Source: Squalus acanthias
Taxonomy: Eukaryota
Assembly: GCA_030390025.1 (NCBI GenBank)
Contig: CM059431.1
Location: 129,892,001-129,956,000, forward strand
Direction: 5' to 3'
DNA: 64,000 nt
Shown here: one piece after another, positions 11,844 to 25,086 of the stretch
Layout: each line of letters opens with the position of its first letter
Position numbering within the stretch: the stretch's first letter is position 1
Notes under the pieces: generated by a model
What the model was told of the DNA's origin: nothing
Database searches by the model: none
The model's input: only the letters and a program-made list of their open reading frames with translations
Position numbers and translations under genes: made by a program

Positions 11844-14225
11844 ACAGTTCATTTTTAAATGGAGAAATTTAGTACAGCAAAATTTGCAGAACAGAAAAAA
11901 TACAGATATGTAATATATTATTTTCATGATAAGTATTTGGCAAACTGTTTTGTCAGAGGAAGAGGAAAAACTATGCATTAGTTTTTTATAACACGCAAAA
12001 GTGACACAATAATATGACAATCACCACAGTGTGAATTGTGTTACTGCATGATTTAACTTTTTTTTCATACAGATGTGTATCCTCTAAATAATTAATGAAA
12101 AATGTTTGACTGCAATGCAATTGGGTCTGACTGTATAAACCGCAATCTCTCTCTTTCAGGAAGGGAAAAAATTTCACACATTTGAGCCAATAGTTTGATG
12201 AGAACAGCAGCTCAGCATCGTGATCTCAATAGTTTTATATGCAGCATTTTAGCACATTACTGCTGTCTAGTATAGTGCTGGATCCACGATTAGGACTAAA
12301 GCAGTAAGGCTGAAAACATGCAAAGTAAAAATAAATTAAGACTGTGGTGTCTTCACAAAGGGCTGGTGCCAAGTCCTGTTTGCCATTGAAAAGAGAAAAC
12401 TTCCTTTAGGACGATGATGCTTGTTGAAATTAGTGTTCCTTGCAGTGGACCAAAGAAATTGCTATTTCATATGCACAATAATTTTTGTGAAATGGAAACT
12501 AACTGTTGCATCTTTTTGGTTGAGGTTGTCCATCTTAGATGACTGATCAATCCAGATATTTTGTTACACACATTTCTATAAGAGCTTAGGTTTATAAGCA
12601 ATTGTGCGTCATGTCATTAATTTGTGTTTTAAATTGGGTGTGTCCTGCAGAACCAGAAGGCAATTCAGTATTGTGCAGGCTGTGATTTAATCAGATGGTA
12701 CATTCATTCCATTCTGAATGAGTATACAGTTTTCACAAACCCTGCATATAAAGTATGTATGAATGCTGTGCAGAAACATTTGCTGGCTGTCCCAGAAATG
12801 CAACTTTCAATGCAAAATCCGTGAGAACAGCCACTGAGCAATCATCTGTTCTCAATGATTGTTTACAGTGAGGTACAGAATTATATAAACCTGTCTGTAA
12901 AGAATTATTTAGTTGCTTAACTTGTGCCATATTCAGTCAACCTCGTACTGCAGTTGAATGCAAGTGTTGTGATAGTCATTTCAGACAGAGATCCATTTTG
13001 TGAAATATAAATTGATATTTTGCTGTCTGTACGCCGACTCAAATCTTGCTCTGATGTCTTGCCAATATAGGAGCTTAATTTCATTAATTTTTGCATAATA
13101 AGTGCAAATACTGAAAGTCTTTTCAACTGCTCTCCACTATTTTTCTCCACTACCTTTCCCATCTATTTTCCCTTGCAAAAAATTATAATGCATGTACCAT
13201 TTGTGTATTATTTATACCATTATGCATGGAATTGTTTCAGTTCCAATTGGTCTCTGCAATTTTCACATATCCTGAGTGGGTAAAATAGCAACTTTAAATA
13301 CTTTTCTAAAACGCCAGCAATAGCACAACTCTACACAGAATCGTACTTGAACATGCTAAATGGAAAATAGAGGTCTTAGTGTTCAAAAATGATGTAAACT
13401 TGTAAGGTTTTGACACAAATTTTGAATGTGTAGACGAAAGAGATACACATAAGTTTACCAGCAATGTTCAGTTACCAATGGCTTACAGTTTAAGTGTTGG
13501 TGCTTAATGTTTGCACACGCAAAAGAAAATGGTGCCCCAGTTTAAGAAACTTGGTATGAGTTTGGCACCAGAAGCAGGAGAGAAGCAACCAGTAATGGTA
13601 GTGATAATTATTAAGCAGCACAAAATTAAACTGCCATTATCATGTTTTCTATTAATTAAAATCAGTCTATTAAGGTTGTTTGTCACGTACCTAATTTTAT
13701 TTAATTTCGGAATAAAAGTAGAACACGAGCAAAAAATATTGCCGAAAACAGGCAAGTTTGGCCATCTGTAGTTGAAACTTCAATCAAAGCTGTCCACTGA
13801 TGTAATGTCTGGTGCGCAGTCCCCTTAAACATTTACCAAAAGTTACTTGCTCTGAAAACTTGTCTCGCCACCAAACTGAATTAATGTGCCTGGAGATAGA
13901 TACAGAAAATTTCAATCTGTCAACTACATAACATCTTATGTTATCATGCTCTACTTTAGTATATTTATTTTAAAACATAAATGGTGTGAAAAGCATAAAA
14001 TATACCAACGTTTAGTTATGTAGAAATGATTTTCAAAAAGAAATAACAATCATTGAAATTTCTGGCACATTTATATCAAAAGCGAAAACTAACGAGAATG
14101 TTAAAATAAATACAGCTTCCAATGTTCTTTTTGTCACCGATACTTTGACTATTATATGTTAAATTTGGTATGTGAGGTATACGCTTCATTGAAAATCAAT
14201 TTAAATACCTGTGGGACCTGTTAAT

Positions 14226-14239
14226 CCTGTAGGTGGCAC
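14226..14239 (+). promoter_or_regulatory. Candidate CTCF motif
   Basis: CCTGTAGGTGGCAC closely fits the CTCF core CCASYAGRKGGCRS; lies in TE-poor sequence. Confidence 0.35.
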
Positions 14240-15597
14240 TGTGATAAGTATTTTAATGTTAAAGGTGTTACACGGTGTGTCACACGATGTGACACACGAT
14301 AGCTGCTGTGTTATAGTTAGAGTATAATACCATAAGATAGCACAAGGTTACCAGGTTCTCTCAAAATGCTATTTAAAAAAAACATTTCAGCTGCCATTTT
14401 ATCTTTTGTAACTGAAATTTCTAATATGTAAAGTAATGGCTTCAACAAAATAAGTCAAAAAATTATATATTTTACAATCATTAAATTCATCCATTAAATT
14501 GTCTTTTATGCTTTGATGCTAAAACTCTAATTTACATATATACGAGTGTCCTGGTATGGTTTTTATAACCTAGCTCTTTGTTATTCTCGTCACATGCTGG
14601 TAGGATGGTTTTTCTGTAGTGTTTTCCACAAGATAAAATAAATAAATCATGTGCTGCAATACTGAATGAAACTGCCAGTCTACATCACTCTAATTCTCTT
14701 AACTTCTTTGTGCTAAAAACAAAACTGCTCAAGCAGTGACCTAAGCTTAAGAACTCAGTTTATTGTAATTCAGAGCAGCACGTTTGCCAACAGCCCAACA
14801 TATGCACGTTTCCAGTGCACAGTAATTACAAAATAATTTGTGCTATCCTAATAACACACATTTTATATAAAATTAAATTTGAACTATTTTGAATTAAACA
14901 ATTGAGAATCTATCTAAATATATATAATTAAAATTGTCTGGCAGGTATATGGCCTGTTGATCGGGCATGCAAAAGTGTTTGACATGTCTGTCGGGTACAA
15001 AGTATTCAGATTGGTTCAAAGTTCACATTCACTAAAAAGCCAATTCAAAAACATGTGCACGCGTGCGCGCACACAATTCAAAGATTTTCTCATTTTTTAG
15101 GGAAGTGATTTTTATGCATATATATCACTTCCCTCAGAACATAATCTCCTCATCACTGTCTCTCAAAAATAATTTCCATTCACAATACATAGAACCAACC
15201 ACTTTCCTCAAAAAATGAGAGCATCTTTGCATGCTATGATAGTTTTCTATTTCTCTATTTATTCCCCACACAGCCTTTGAGACTTGTGGCATTGATTCTA
15301 TGACTTGTTCTCTCCTGTGCTATGTGGTTAAAAAAAAAATTCAGGAGTTGGCTATGATTTGCGTCCCCTATGAATTAGAGTGTGCCTTTATCTGCCCAAT
15401 ATCAAGGTAAATGTAGCGAGACTCTGGATTGAACAGAGAAACCTTGTTACTGTATTCCAGTTTACTGGAATGTATGATGTGCTACCACATGATTTCCACA
15501 TCTTTGGTCGGTGGCAGATATAGCTCAGGCAATAAACCAACGGACTTTTTAAAAATATTTAAGCAAGTATATGAACAGCATTCAATTTGAACAGTGT

Positions 15598-15712
15598 GGG
15601 GTTGAATTTCTGCAGGGATTCTCCCGATTGTCTGCTGTAACTGTTTAAGCCTATTCTCGGGTATTTCTGTAAATTTTTCATGGTGGACAATCGCCTGCAG
15701 AAATTCAACCCC
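15598..15712. mobile_element. 115-bp MITE
   Basis: Perfect 19-bp TIR GGGGTTGAATTTCTGCAGG / CCTGCAGAAATTCAACCCC; flanks TGT/TTT. Confidence 0.75.
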
Positions 15713-16209
15713 TTTATACTTACAGTAATTACAATCTTTATTCTCAAAATAACAATGATGCTTCTCTGGCTCTAGCTCTCAACATAAAATTGACCTTTGA
15801 AACATAGTCACTCACTTCTTACGTGGCAAAAGACTACCACGGAATCTCTGGCCAAATGTAAACCAGTAATCGGAAGCTTCCAGCTATGGAGCTGTTTATC
15901 AAAGTGACTATCAAAGTGACTACAATCATTGCCTCTACCCCCTCTCAGACCCCAACCACGTCTTCGCTCCCGTCATCACTATCCATCAAATGTATGAATT
16001 GAATGGGACAGCCTGATTCAGTATTCTGTGCCAAGTAATTTGAAAGACTTGTTCGGATCCCCATGCAAGTATAATGGCAGAAATCAAAGCATACACAAAG
16101 ACTTTGTGAACTACACACGTCTTTGCCTTGTGCTGAAGTGTGAAAATGACCACGTATATTCCCAGCAGTTTGCAGAAACGGCCAGTAGGAATTAATTTGA
16201 TAAATAATC

Positions 16210-16628
16210 CGACTCTTTGAAAGAGCTATCCAATTAGTCCCACTCCCCTGTTCTTTCTCCATAGCCCTGTAATTTTTTCCCTTCAAGTATGTATCGAATT
16301 CCCTTTTTGAAAGTTAATATTGAATCTGCTCCACCACCCTTTCAGGCAGCGAATTCCAGATCTCAACAAATTGCTGCGTTAAAAAAAATCTTCATGTTGC
16401 TTCTAGTTCTTCTGCCTATCAACTTAAATCTGTCCCCCTCTGGTAACCGATCCTTCTGCCACTAGAAACAGTTTCTCCTTATTTACTCTATCAAAACCGT
16501 TCATGATTTTGAACACCTCTATCAAATCTCCTCTTAACCTTCTCTGCTCTAAGTAGAATAATCCCAGTTTCTCCAGTCTCTCTATCTAACTGAAGTCCCT
16601 CAATCCTGGTACCATTCAAGTAAATCTC
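16210..16628 (-). mobile_element. CR1 3' fragment
   Basis: Reverse complement encodes LGLFYLEQRRLRGDLIEVFKIM and the WN-like motif; same subfamily as 59366-60295. Confidence 0.85.
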
Positions 16629-17129
16629 GAGTAAAACTTACTAGTTTTCCAATGATGTTACATCAGAGCTCAGGTGGATGAAGGTGGAAATCCGCATAGG
16701 GATATGCAATTCGAGGATCCACATCAATCACGTATCTGCACATTTTCATTGGAAATAATATTAGGTGCTGGAAGCACTAACCTACTGAGTGATGCAGATT
16801 CAGATGTCTATCCAATCTTAGCCAGAGCATCTTCACCAATGGCTTCTTTTCTTGCACCCTCACAGTTACCTCTGGAGTCTCTCCTCTTCGTCATCTACAT
16901 GCTGACCCTAGGTGACCTCATCCATGATGACTTCCAGCCCAATGCTGCTTTCTGTGCCAAACTTGAGGGTTGTCTGTATCTAGCAGCTATACCCCAATGT
17001 CTGGGTGCATTAAATGGCAGAAGTTTCATCTGAAATGTTTCATTGCAGCTCTGAGAGTACATTGTTAGATTGAGTTTATCGTCAGACCTAAAGAATTAAA
17101 GAGGAATTTATGACATTAAAAAAGGCGAC

Positions 17130-17735
17130 ATACTCTGACTGTGATGCATTTTACCTCCTTGTTTTCCTCGACTTCTCTGCAGCCTTTAACAGTCGACCAC
17201 ATCATTCCTTCAATGCCTTTCCTCTGTGTCTAGCTCAGTGGGACTGCCCTCTCTTGGGTCCACTCCTGCCTATCCAATCTTAGCCAGAGCATCTTCACCA
17301 ATGGCTTCTTTTCCTGCACCCTCTTAATTACCTCTGGAGTCTCTCCTCTTCCTCATCTACATGCTGACCCTAGGTGACATCATCCAAAGACATGGGGTCA
17401 GCTTCTACATGTACGCTGATGATGCCCAGCTCTTTCTCTGCACCACATATCTTGACTCCTCCACTGTCTGACTGCTTGATAGTGATTCCAACCCTTCTAC
17501 TTCTCTCTGGTTGAACCAAACTGTCTGCAATCTTGGTGTCCTATTTGTCCCTCAGCTGAGCTTATGACTGAATATCCTCTCTATCACAAAGACCGTCTAC
17601 TTCCACCTCCATAACATTGCTCACCTCTGCCCTGCATCAGCCCATCTACTGCTGAAACCCTTATCCATCTATTTCAATACTGTCTTAGCTCGCCTCCCAT
17701 TCGCCACACACTAATCTTCAGCTCATCTAAAACAA
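17130..17735 (+). mobile_element. L2-clade LINE RT fragment
   Basis: Encodes LDFSAAF, GTALSW, LLFLIYM and HGVSFYMYADDAQL, which are L2-type RT motifs. Confidence 0.8.
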
Positions 17736-18237
17736 CTAGGGGTACCTAGGAAAGGACAACAGAAGGGAGGGATTTAAAATATTACTTTAAAATATTTTTA
17801 ATGAAATTGCAGAAGCGGTCTTATTCCATTGCTGCTTGTGGGGCTTTCGTGAGGTTGAGAGTTGGATGGAGTCCAGAGCAGTTGCTGGGTATAACCAGGC
17901 GACTAACTTTCAGCTAGCATAGATTTTTGCCACTCTTTGCAACTGGTGTCTCCAGAATTTCCATTGCGAGTGGGGTGGGGTCAGGGTCCAGATGAAAACT
18001 TGTTCTTGCCCTTCCATTGCACACGTTTTTCTTTATTAGCATCATAGGCAGTCTTCTGTAAGAGGAAGGCAGCAGCGTAGGTGGGTATACGGCCTTAAAA
18101 CATTCGGGGACTGCGGACTATTATGGTGTCAGGCTTACTGCTCAGAAGGTGTTGGGATAAATAACCAATTGATATTTCAAACAACATTTCAACCTGAAAA
18201 CGTGCAAACATTGTAGAAGGAGGAAGAATTTTGGAAA

Positions 18238-18482
18238 ATGACATGCTTGTACAAAGGAATAAAGTTGTCAGCCAATTTTGGAGACCGGTAACTAGAAGTT
18301 CTGCTTCAGGAATATACAAAGGAGGAGGAACAGGCTTATTAGAGGAAAGGAGAAAAGGTCTACGAGTGCAGTGGCAACAGCATAGTGCAAGGAGGTGGCA
18401 TTGGCAGTTATTGACACCTCCTCCAACTCATGAACAGATCAGTGTAGGAAAAAGATCAATGACCTGACGTGAATTAACAAGT
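18238..18482 (+). pseudogene. Harbinger Myb/SANT gene exon-1 remnant
   Basis: Degenerate LEVLLQE...EVALAV...QCRKKINDLT, comparable to QCRKWFNDLTR at 53.7 kb. Confidence 0.6.
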
Positions 18483-19005
18483 TAAGAGTGACCATTCACC
18501 CCTGCCTGAACAAAGTGAGCCAATTTGAAAGAATTTCTAAAGGAGATTTCAAGGTTCCTGTGGAGGCAGTGCTGACACTCTGAGATTTAAAGTGCTCAGT
18601 AGCTAGTTGCCATAACAAAACAAACAATAACATACAGATGTCTTCAGGCAGGGCTGAATGGTCACTCTTAACTTGTTAATTCACATCAGGTCATTGATCT
18701 TTTTCCTACTGTGATTTATTACAACCTTTTACAAAAACATCATTTGGATCTATCACTGTGCACATACTTTATGACCACATGAGCTTTTCGCTGCCCTGTT
18801 CTAACACTTCTATGTGCCACCTCAGGGCCTGGGGTGTGAGGTGTAGATGACAGCTGCAAAATATTATGAGCCTCTTGGGATGGAGGTTCTTCTCTTGAGG
18901 TCCCAAAATCCTCAGATGGATACAAGACTCTGTCATGCCCTCCTTGGCAGTCTGGTTTTGCAAAGAGGAAGGCTTCTGTGGGAAGTTGATGAAGTGCTCC
19001 TCTGT

Positions 19006-20420
19006 AGTCTATCCATGTAACTGAAGTCCCTTATCCCTGGAATCATTCTGGTAAATCTTTTCTGCACCTTCTTTAAGGCCTTCACATCCTTCCTGAAGTG
19101 CGGTGCCCAGAATTGGACACAATACTCCAGTTGAGGCTGAATCAGTGTTTTATAAAGGTTGATCATAAGTTCTTTGCTTTTGTACTCTGTGCCTCTATTT
19201 ATGAAGCCCAATATCCCATATGCTTTTTTAACCGCTTTCTCAACCTGCCCTGCTACCCTCCAACGATTTGTGCACATATACCCCCAGGTGTCTCTCTTCA
19301 TGCACCCACTTTAGGATTGTACCCTTTAGTTTATATTGCCTCTCCTCGTTCTTCCTACCAAAATGTATCACTTCGCACATTTCTGCATTAAATTTCATCT
19401 GCCACGTGTCCGCCCATTTCACCAGCCTGTCTATGTCTTCTTGAAGTCTATCGCTATCCTCCTCACTGTTCACTATACTTCCAAGTTTTGTGTCCTCTGC
19501 AAATTTTGAAATAGTACCCCATACTCCCAAGCCCAAGTCATTAATATATATCAAGTAAAGCAGTGGTCCTAGTACCGACCCCTGGGGAACACCACTGTGT
19601 ACTTTCTTCCAGTCCGAAAAACAACCGTTCACCACTAATCTGTTTGCTGTCACTCAGCCAATTTTGTATCGATGCTGCCACTGTCCCTTTATTCCATGGG
19701 CTTCAACTTTGCTGGCAAGCCTATTATGTGGCATTTTATCAAACATCTTTTGGAATTCCATATACTCCACGTCAACTGCAATGCCCTCATCAACCCTCTA
19801 TGTTACCTCAATAAAAAACTCGATCAAGTTAGTTAAACACGATTTGCCTTTAACAAATCCATGCTGGCTTTCCTTAATTAATCCACACTTGTCCAAGTGA
19901 CTGCTAACTTTGTCCCTGATTATCGTTTCTAAAAGCTTCCCCACTACCGAGGTTAAATTGACTGGCGTGTACTTGCTGAGTTTATCCTTGCACCCTTTTT
20001 TGAACAAGGGCGTAACATTTGCAATTCTCCAGTCCTCTGGCACCACCCCTGTATCTATGGAGGTTTGGAAGATTATGGCAAGCACCTCCGTGATTTCCTT
20101 CTTAACCTCCCTCAGCATCCAAGGATGCATCCCATCCAGTCCTGTTGACTTATCAACTTTCTAAGTATAGACAGCCTTTCTAGTACCTCTATCAATTTTT
20201 ATCTCGTCCAGTATCTCTCCTACCTCGTCTTTCACTATGACTTTGGCAGCATCTTCTTCCTTGGTGAAGACGCATGCAAATACTCATTTAGTACCTCCGC
20301 CATGCCCTCTGCCTTCATGCGAAGGTCTCCTTTTTGGTCCCTAATCGGCCCCACCCCTCCTCTTACTACCCGTTTATTATTTATATGCCGATAGAAGACT
20401 TTTGAATTCCCTTTTATGTT
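19006..20420 (-). mobile_element. CR1 internal fragment lacking its 3' end
   Basis: ORFs 19798..20130, 19240..19653 and 18933..19301 carry RT motifs; cut at 19006 by a duplicated block. Confidence 0.9.
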
Positions 20421-21002
20421 TAACTCTGTTCTAACTATGCTTATTTTTATGTATATGATCCATTTGGTATTAAATGTTTAGGATGCTGAAATTTTTGGAT
20501 TGGGTGAGGACGTAAATTGGCAATTATACCTTTGTGGGCCTAAAAATTTCTGATGGGGCCGATATCCATTGTGATTCTGCTGGAGAAGTGGCCCAACATA
20601 AATTCCGTTCAGTTTCAAGGCACACTGAAGAAGCGTCGGCCCTGCTATTGGCAGTCACGTGTAAATGACTGAGTTTGGATGGGATGACGTCACCCATCCT
20701 AAATTCCATGACCTCTGTCTTCCCATTGCCCCTGAGAATGTGTGCCACTGTCTAAAACATGCAGTTTGTGAGGACCTGTTCTTCAAGATGTAAGTACTTG
20801 GTTAAGAGGACATTGCTCAACTACGGTTGCTTATGGAGACTTTTGGTCATGTCTTGGGCCTTGGTACGGATATTGCAACTTTTTTTTCACTTTTATACTC
20901 TGTAAGCTTTCCCGCATTTTGAATTACCCTTGGAAAGCAATAGCTTTCAACACAATTACTGAGCACAGCACGATGCACATCCCAATGGGAATTCCACTTT
21001 AG

Positions 21003-22690
21003 ATGATCTATATGCTGGAAGAAGAGGAGCAACATGAGGCTGCAAAGGAAGTCAGATTAATTAGGTACCACCAGAGGAGAGCCAGATTATCTCAGCACTA
21101 CTCATCCAGCAGGATGTATAGACCCAGGCACACTTTGAGACATTCCTCAGGAGCTCTGTCTCAGGAGGCTGTGCATCAGTCACAAAGCTTTGGAGAAGCT
21201 CTCTTCATTGCTCCAGCCAGATCTGCAACCAAGCTATACAGCTCTGACTAGGGCAGAGAAAGTGGCCAATGCTTTCAACTTCTGTGGTGTTGGCTCATTC
21301 TAGGGAGCCACAGGGAACTTTTGTCAGATCAGCCAATTTGCTGTGCAGACCTTTATAGGGCAAGTCATCAATGCTTGCTTTACCAGGGCAGCTCAATTGA
21401 TACAGTTTCACAGTGCTCTTGTACAGATGACTGAGGAAGACTATTACATTTTTTAGAATTGCTGGATTCCCTTGGGTTCTCAGACTATTAATCACACCCA
21501 TGGTAACATTGCAGGCTTCAACTTTAAACCCTTGTATTTTCCGAACAACAAATACTTTCATTCCCTATAAATGTACATCTCCTTTTTGATGAGAGGCGCA
21601 ACTTCTTGCATGTGAATTCAGAACATGCTGAGGGATGTCATGATGCTTTTATATTTCATTACTCCAGTGTTTGAGCTCTATTTCCACAGCAGAGGCAAGA
21701 GCCAGGATGGCTGCTGGGTGATAAAGGAAACCCGCTGATCCCAAGGCTAATGATGCCAGTGCTGCAGAGGAACACTTCAGTGAAACACATGTGAATATCA
21801 GGATTAAAAATTGAACAAAGAGAGGTTCTGATGCCTGGGTATGTCCTGGAGGGCCTTTCACCATCTTGCGTATTGTGGTAGCATGTTGTATGCTTCACAA
21901 TTTTGCTATCAGGAAAGACTTGATGGTAAATGTCCTAGAAGATGCTGGAGCACCTGATAATGACAGGAGTAAAGAAGTCTTACTCCAATTATATAGGGCC
22001 TTGGTGAGACCACACCTGGAGTACTGTGTACAATTTTGGTCTCCTTACCTAAGGAAGGTTATACTTGCCAGAGAGGGAGTGCAACGAAGGTTCACGAGAT
22101 TGATTCCTGGGATGGCGGGACTGTCGTATGAGAAGAGATTGAGTAAACTAGGCCTGTATTCTCTTGAATTCAGAAGAATGAGAGGGGATCTCATTGAAGC
22201 ATACAAAATTATTACAGGGCTTGATCGGGTGGATGCTGGGAGAATGCTTCCCTTGGCTGGGGAGTCTAGAACCAGGGGCCACAGCCTAAGGATAAAGGGC
22301 AGGCCATTCAGGACTAAGATGAGAAGAAATTTCTTCATACAGAGGGTGGTGAATCTTTGGAATTCTCTCCCCCCGAGGGTTGTGGAGGCTCAGTCATTGG
22401 GTATATTCAAAACAGAAGTCGATAGATTTCTGACTAGTAAGGGCATCAAGGGATATGGCGATAGGGCCAGTGAATGGAGTTGAGGCAGAAGATCAGCCAT
22501 GATCTCATTGAATGGCGGAGCAGGCTCGAAGGGCCGAATGGCCTACTCCTGCTCCTATTTCTTATGTTCTTATGACATTGCTGATGCTGTAGACACAGCC
22601 CATGAACAGGAAGCAGGTGCAGTGGTTGCTAGACAACTGGAAGATGGATTCATTTGGCATGTCTTCACAGATGAAAAGAGCACTATAATT
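21003..22690 (+). pseudogene. Harbinger DDE transposase (HARBI1-family) pseudogene
   Basis: Across frameshifts: RMYRPR, LCLRRL, KVANAFNFCGVGSF, ISQFAV, IAGFP, NNKYFHSL, HDAF, GWLLGDKG, RIVVACCMLHNFA; interrupted by a CR1. Confidence 0.85.
21966..22571 (+). mobile_element. Young CR1 3' fragment inserted in the Harbinger nuclease
   Basis: Open frame to the stop at 22483, 3' UTR and tail; TSD ATGACA at 21960-21965 and 22572-22577. Confidence 0.92.
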
Positions 22691-22829
22691 TGAAAGTTTT
22701 AGCGCATCAAAGATCTGCCTCCTCTCACCAACCTCTCTATGGGCTAAGTAAAATCCATGCTCACCACAGCTAACCATCATATCCTAATGCTGAGCCTCAA
22801 TATCACGTTACCTGTTCCTGTTATCCCTC

Positions 22830-23020
22830 AAGAGGGTAGTGGAACACTCTCACCCAAAAAGCTGTTGAGGCTAGATCAGTTGAAAATTTTAAAACTGAAA
22901 TTGATAGATTTTTGTTAGGTAAGGGTATTAAAGGTTATGGAACCAAGGCGGGTAAATGGAGTTGAGATACAGATCAGTCGTGATCTAATTGAATGGCATA
23001 ACAGGCTCAAGGGGCTGATT
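22830..23020 (+). mobile_element. Short CR1 3' fragment
   Basis: TTTAAAACTGAAATTGATAGATTTTTG...AAGGGTATTAAAGGTTATGG and the 3' UTR. Confidence 0.75.
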
Positions 23021-24219
23021 GATTCTTGGAACATAAGAACAGTAGTAGGCCAATCACCAAGCTGTCCTTGCATCAAATCTTACTGTGATTTATTACAACC
23101 TTTTACAAAAACATCATTTGGATTTATCACTGTGCACATACTTTATGACCACATGAGCTTTTCGCTGCCCTGTTCTAACACTTCTTCTATGTGCCACCTC
23201 AGGGCATGGGGTGTGAGGTGTAGATGACAGCTGCAAAATATTATGAGCCTCTTGGGATGGAGGTTCTTCTCTTAAGGTCCCAAAATCCTCAGATGGATAC
23301 AAGACTCTGTCATGCCCTCCTTGGCAGTCTGGTTTTGCAAAGAGGAAGGCTTCTGTGGGAAGTTGATGAAGTGCTCCTCTGTACTGCTGCTATGAGGGGA
23401 AGCAGCCTCTTGAAGTGCACACACCAGGTTCTCCACTGTTGGATTCTGGTTGCCAGCAATCAATGGGAGAAAGAGTCCACAAAATTGCCTTTATTCCCTC
23501 AGCGATGCTGCTCCATATCTTTTGCAAACTGGTGGACCGTGACCACTCTAGATGGTTACCCAAGACCTCCATTCTTTCAATGCCTCAACATTGGAGTTGA
23601 CTGATTTTCCTGGATCTCATAAAGCAGGGGTAGGTTTGTAGATGATCCTGCAACTGCCAGTTTCTCTTGGCTGCCATGAGTTGAACCCTTTTTGAAAGTT
23701 GGTGCCAAGCAGGGCAGTGAAATTTATCGCTATCCCAGCCATTTCCCGCACATTTTAAGAGAGGGCACGCAGAACTTCCACATGTGTCTGATGCTATGTT
23801 AGCATCATTCTCTTCATGGCTGAACCCCTGACATCACCATCGTTTGCTTTACAGCTAGGGGTCAACATGTCTTGCAGCTTTGCTCAACTATATCAGGCTC
23901 CATTTCCACATCTGCATCCTTTGGCTTCTTTGTGCTGATTGTCTCACCATGTGTCAATTTCTCATCATCACTATCTGTATCCGCTAGAGTGGGTGTCTCT
24001 GGCTACTGAGTGCAAGGGAGAGGTGAAGACAGTGGGTGAGCATTCACTGATGTTGCCAGAGATTTAGGGAATGCAAGATCTTATTCTTAAGTAATTTTCT
24101 CTGCTGTCTCCTGGCTTGAAGTCTCTGGAGGATAAAACATTACTGTTAACACTTGTGTGTTTGAGCAGCATTCTAACTTAATCCCCTACTTCATAGATCT
24201 CTTATGAGGAAAGTGATAG

Positions 24220-25086
24220 CTGATGATGGGAAAGTAAGCTGTGAGGATAACACAAAGAGCCTGCAAAGGGATACAGACAGGTTAAGAGTGGGCAATAAGA
24301 TGGCAGATGGAGCATAATGTGAGGTTATTCACTTTGGTAGGAAGAATAGAAAAACAGAATATTTATTAAATGTTGATGTTCAGAGAGATTTAGGTGTCCT
24401 CATACAGTAAACACAGAGTTAGCATGCAGGTACAGCAAGCAATTAGGAAGGCAAATGGCATGTTGGGCTTTATTGCAAGGGGGTTGGAGTACAAGAGTAA
24501 GGAAGTCTCGCTACAATTGTGCAGGGCTTTGGTGAGACCACACCTGGAGTCCTGTGCACAGTTTTGGTCTCCTTATCTGAGGAAGGATATACTTGCCTTG
24601 GAGGCGGTGCACCGAAGGTTCACTAGATTGATTCCTTGGGTGAGAGGGTTGTCCTATGAGGAGAGATTGAGTAGACTCTCTGGCGTTTAAAAGAATGAGG
24701 TGTGATCTCATTGAAACATATAAGATTTTGAGGGGGATTGACAGGGTAGATGCTGAGAGGTGGTTTCCCCTGGCTGGAGAGTCTAGAACTAGGGTATTGT
24801 CTCAGGATAAGGGATCGACCATTTAAGACTGAGATGAGGAGGAATTTCTTCACTCGGAGGGTTGTGAATCTTTGGAATTCTCTATCCCAAAGGACTGTGG
24901 ATGATGAATCGTTGAGTATATTCAAGGCTGAGATAGATTGACTTTTGGACTCTAGGGGAATCGAGGGATATGGAGATCGGGCAGGAAAGTGGAGTTGAGG
25001 TTGAAGATCAGCCACGATCTTATTGAATGGCGGAGCAGGCTCGAGGGGCCATATGGCCTACTCCTCCTAATTCTTATGTTCTTATG
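24220..25086 (+). mobile_element. CR1 3' fragment
   Basis: ORFs 24394..24690 and 24750..24941; TTCTTATG tail. Confidence 0.9.

Noticed and set aside
12733..13771. 60-86 aa ORFs in unique sequence
   Set aside because: No recognisable domain or splice support; lengths expected by chance
21866..22483. 205-aa Harbinger/CR1 fusion ORF as a novel chimeric gene
   Set aside because: Chance in-frame junction at a TSD-flanked CR1 insertion; no true start and the upstream nuclease is broken
21003..22690. Host HARBI1 gene
   Set aside because: Multiple stops and frameshifts, a nested CR1 and a neighbouring Myb remnant indicate a dead transposon, not the domesticated gene
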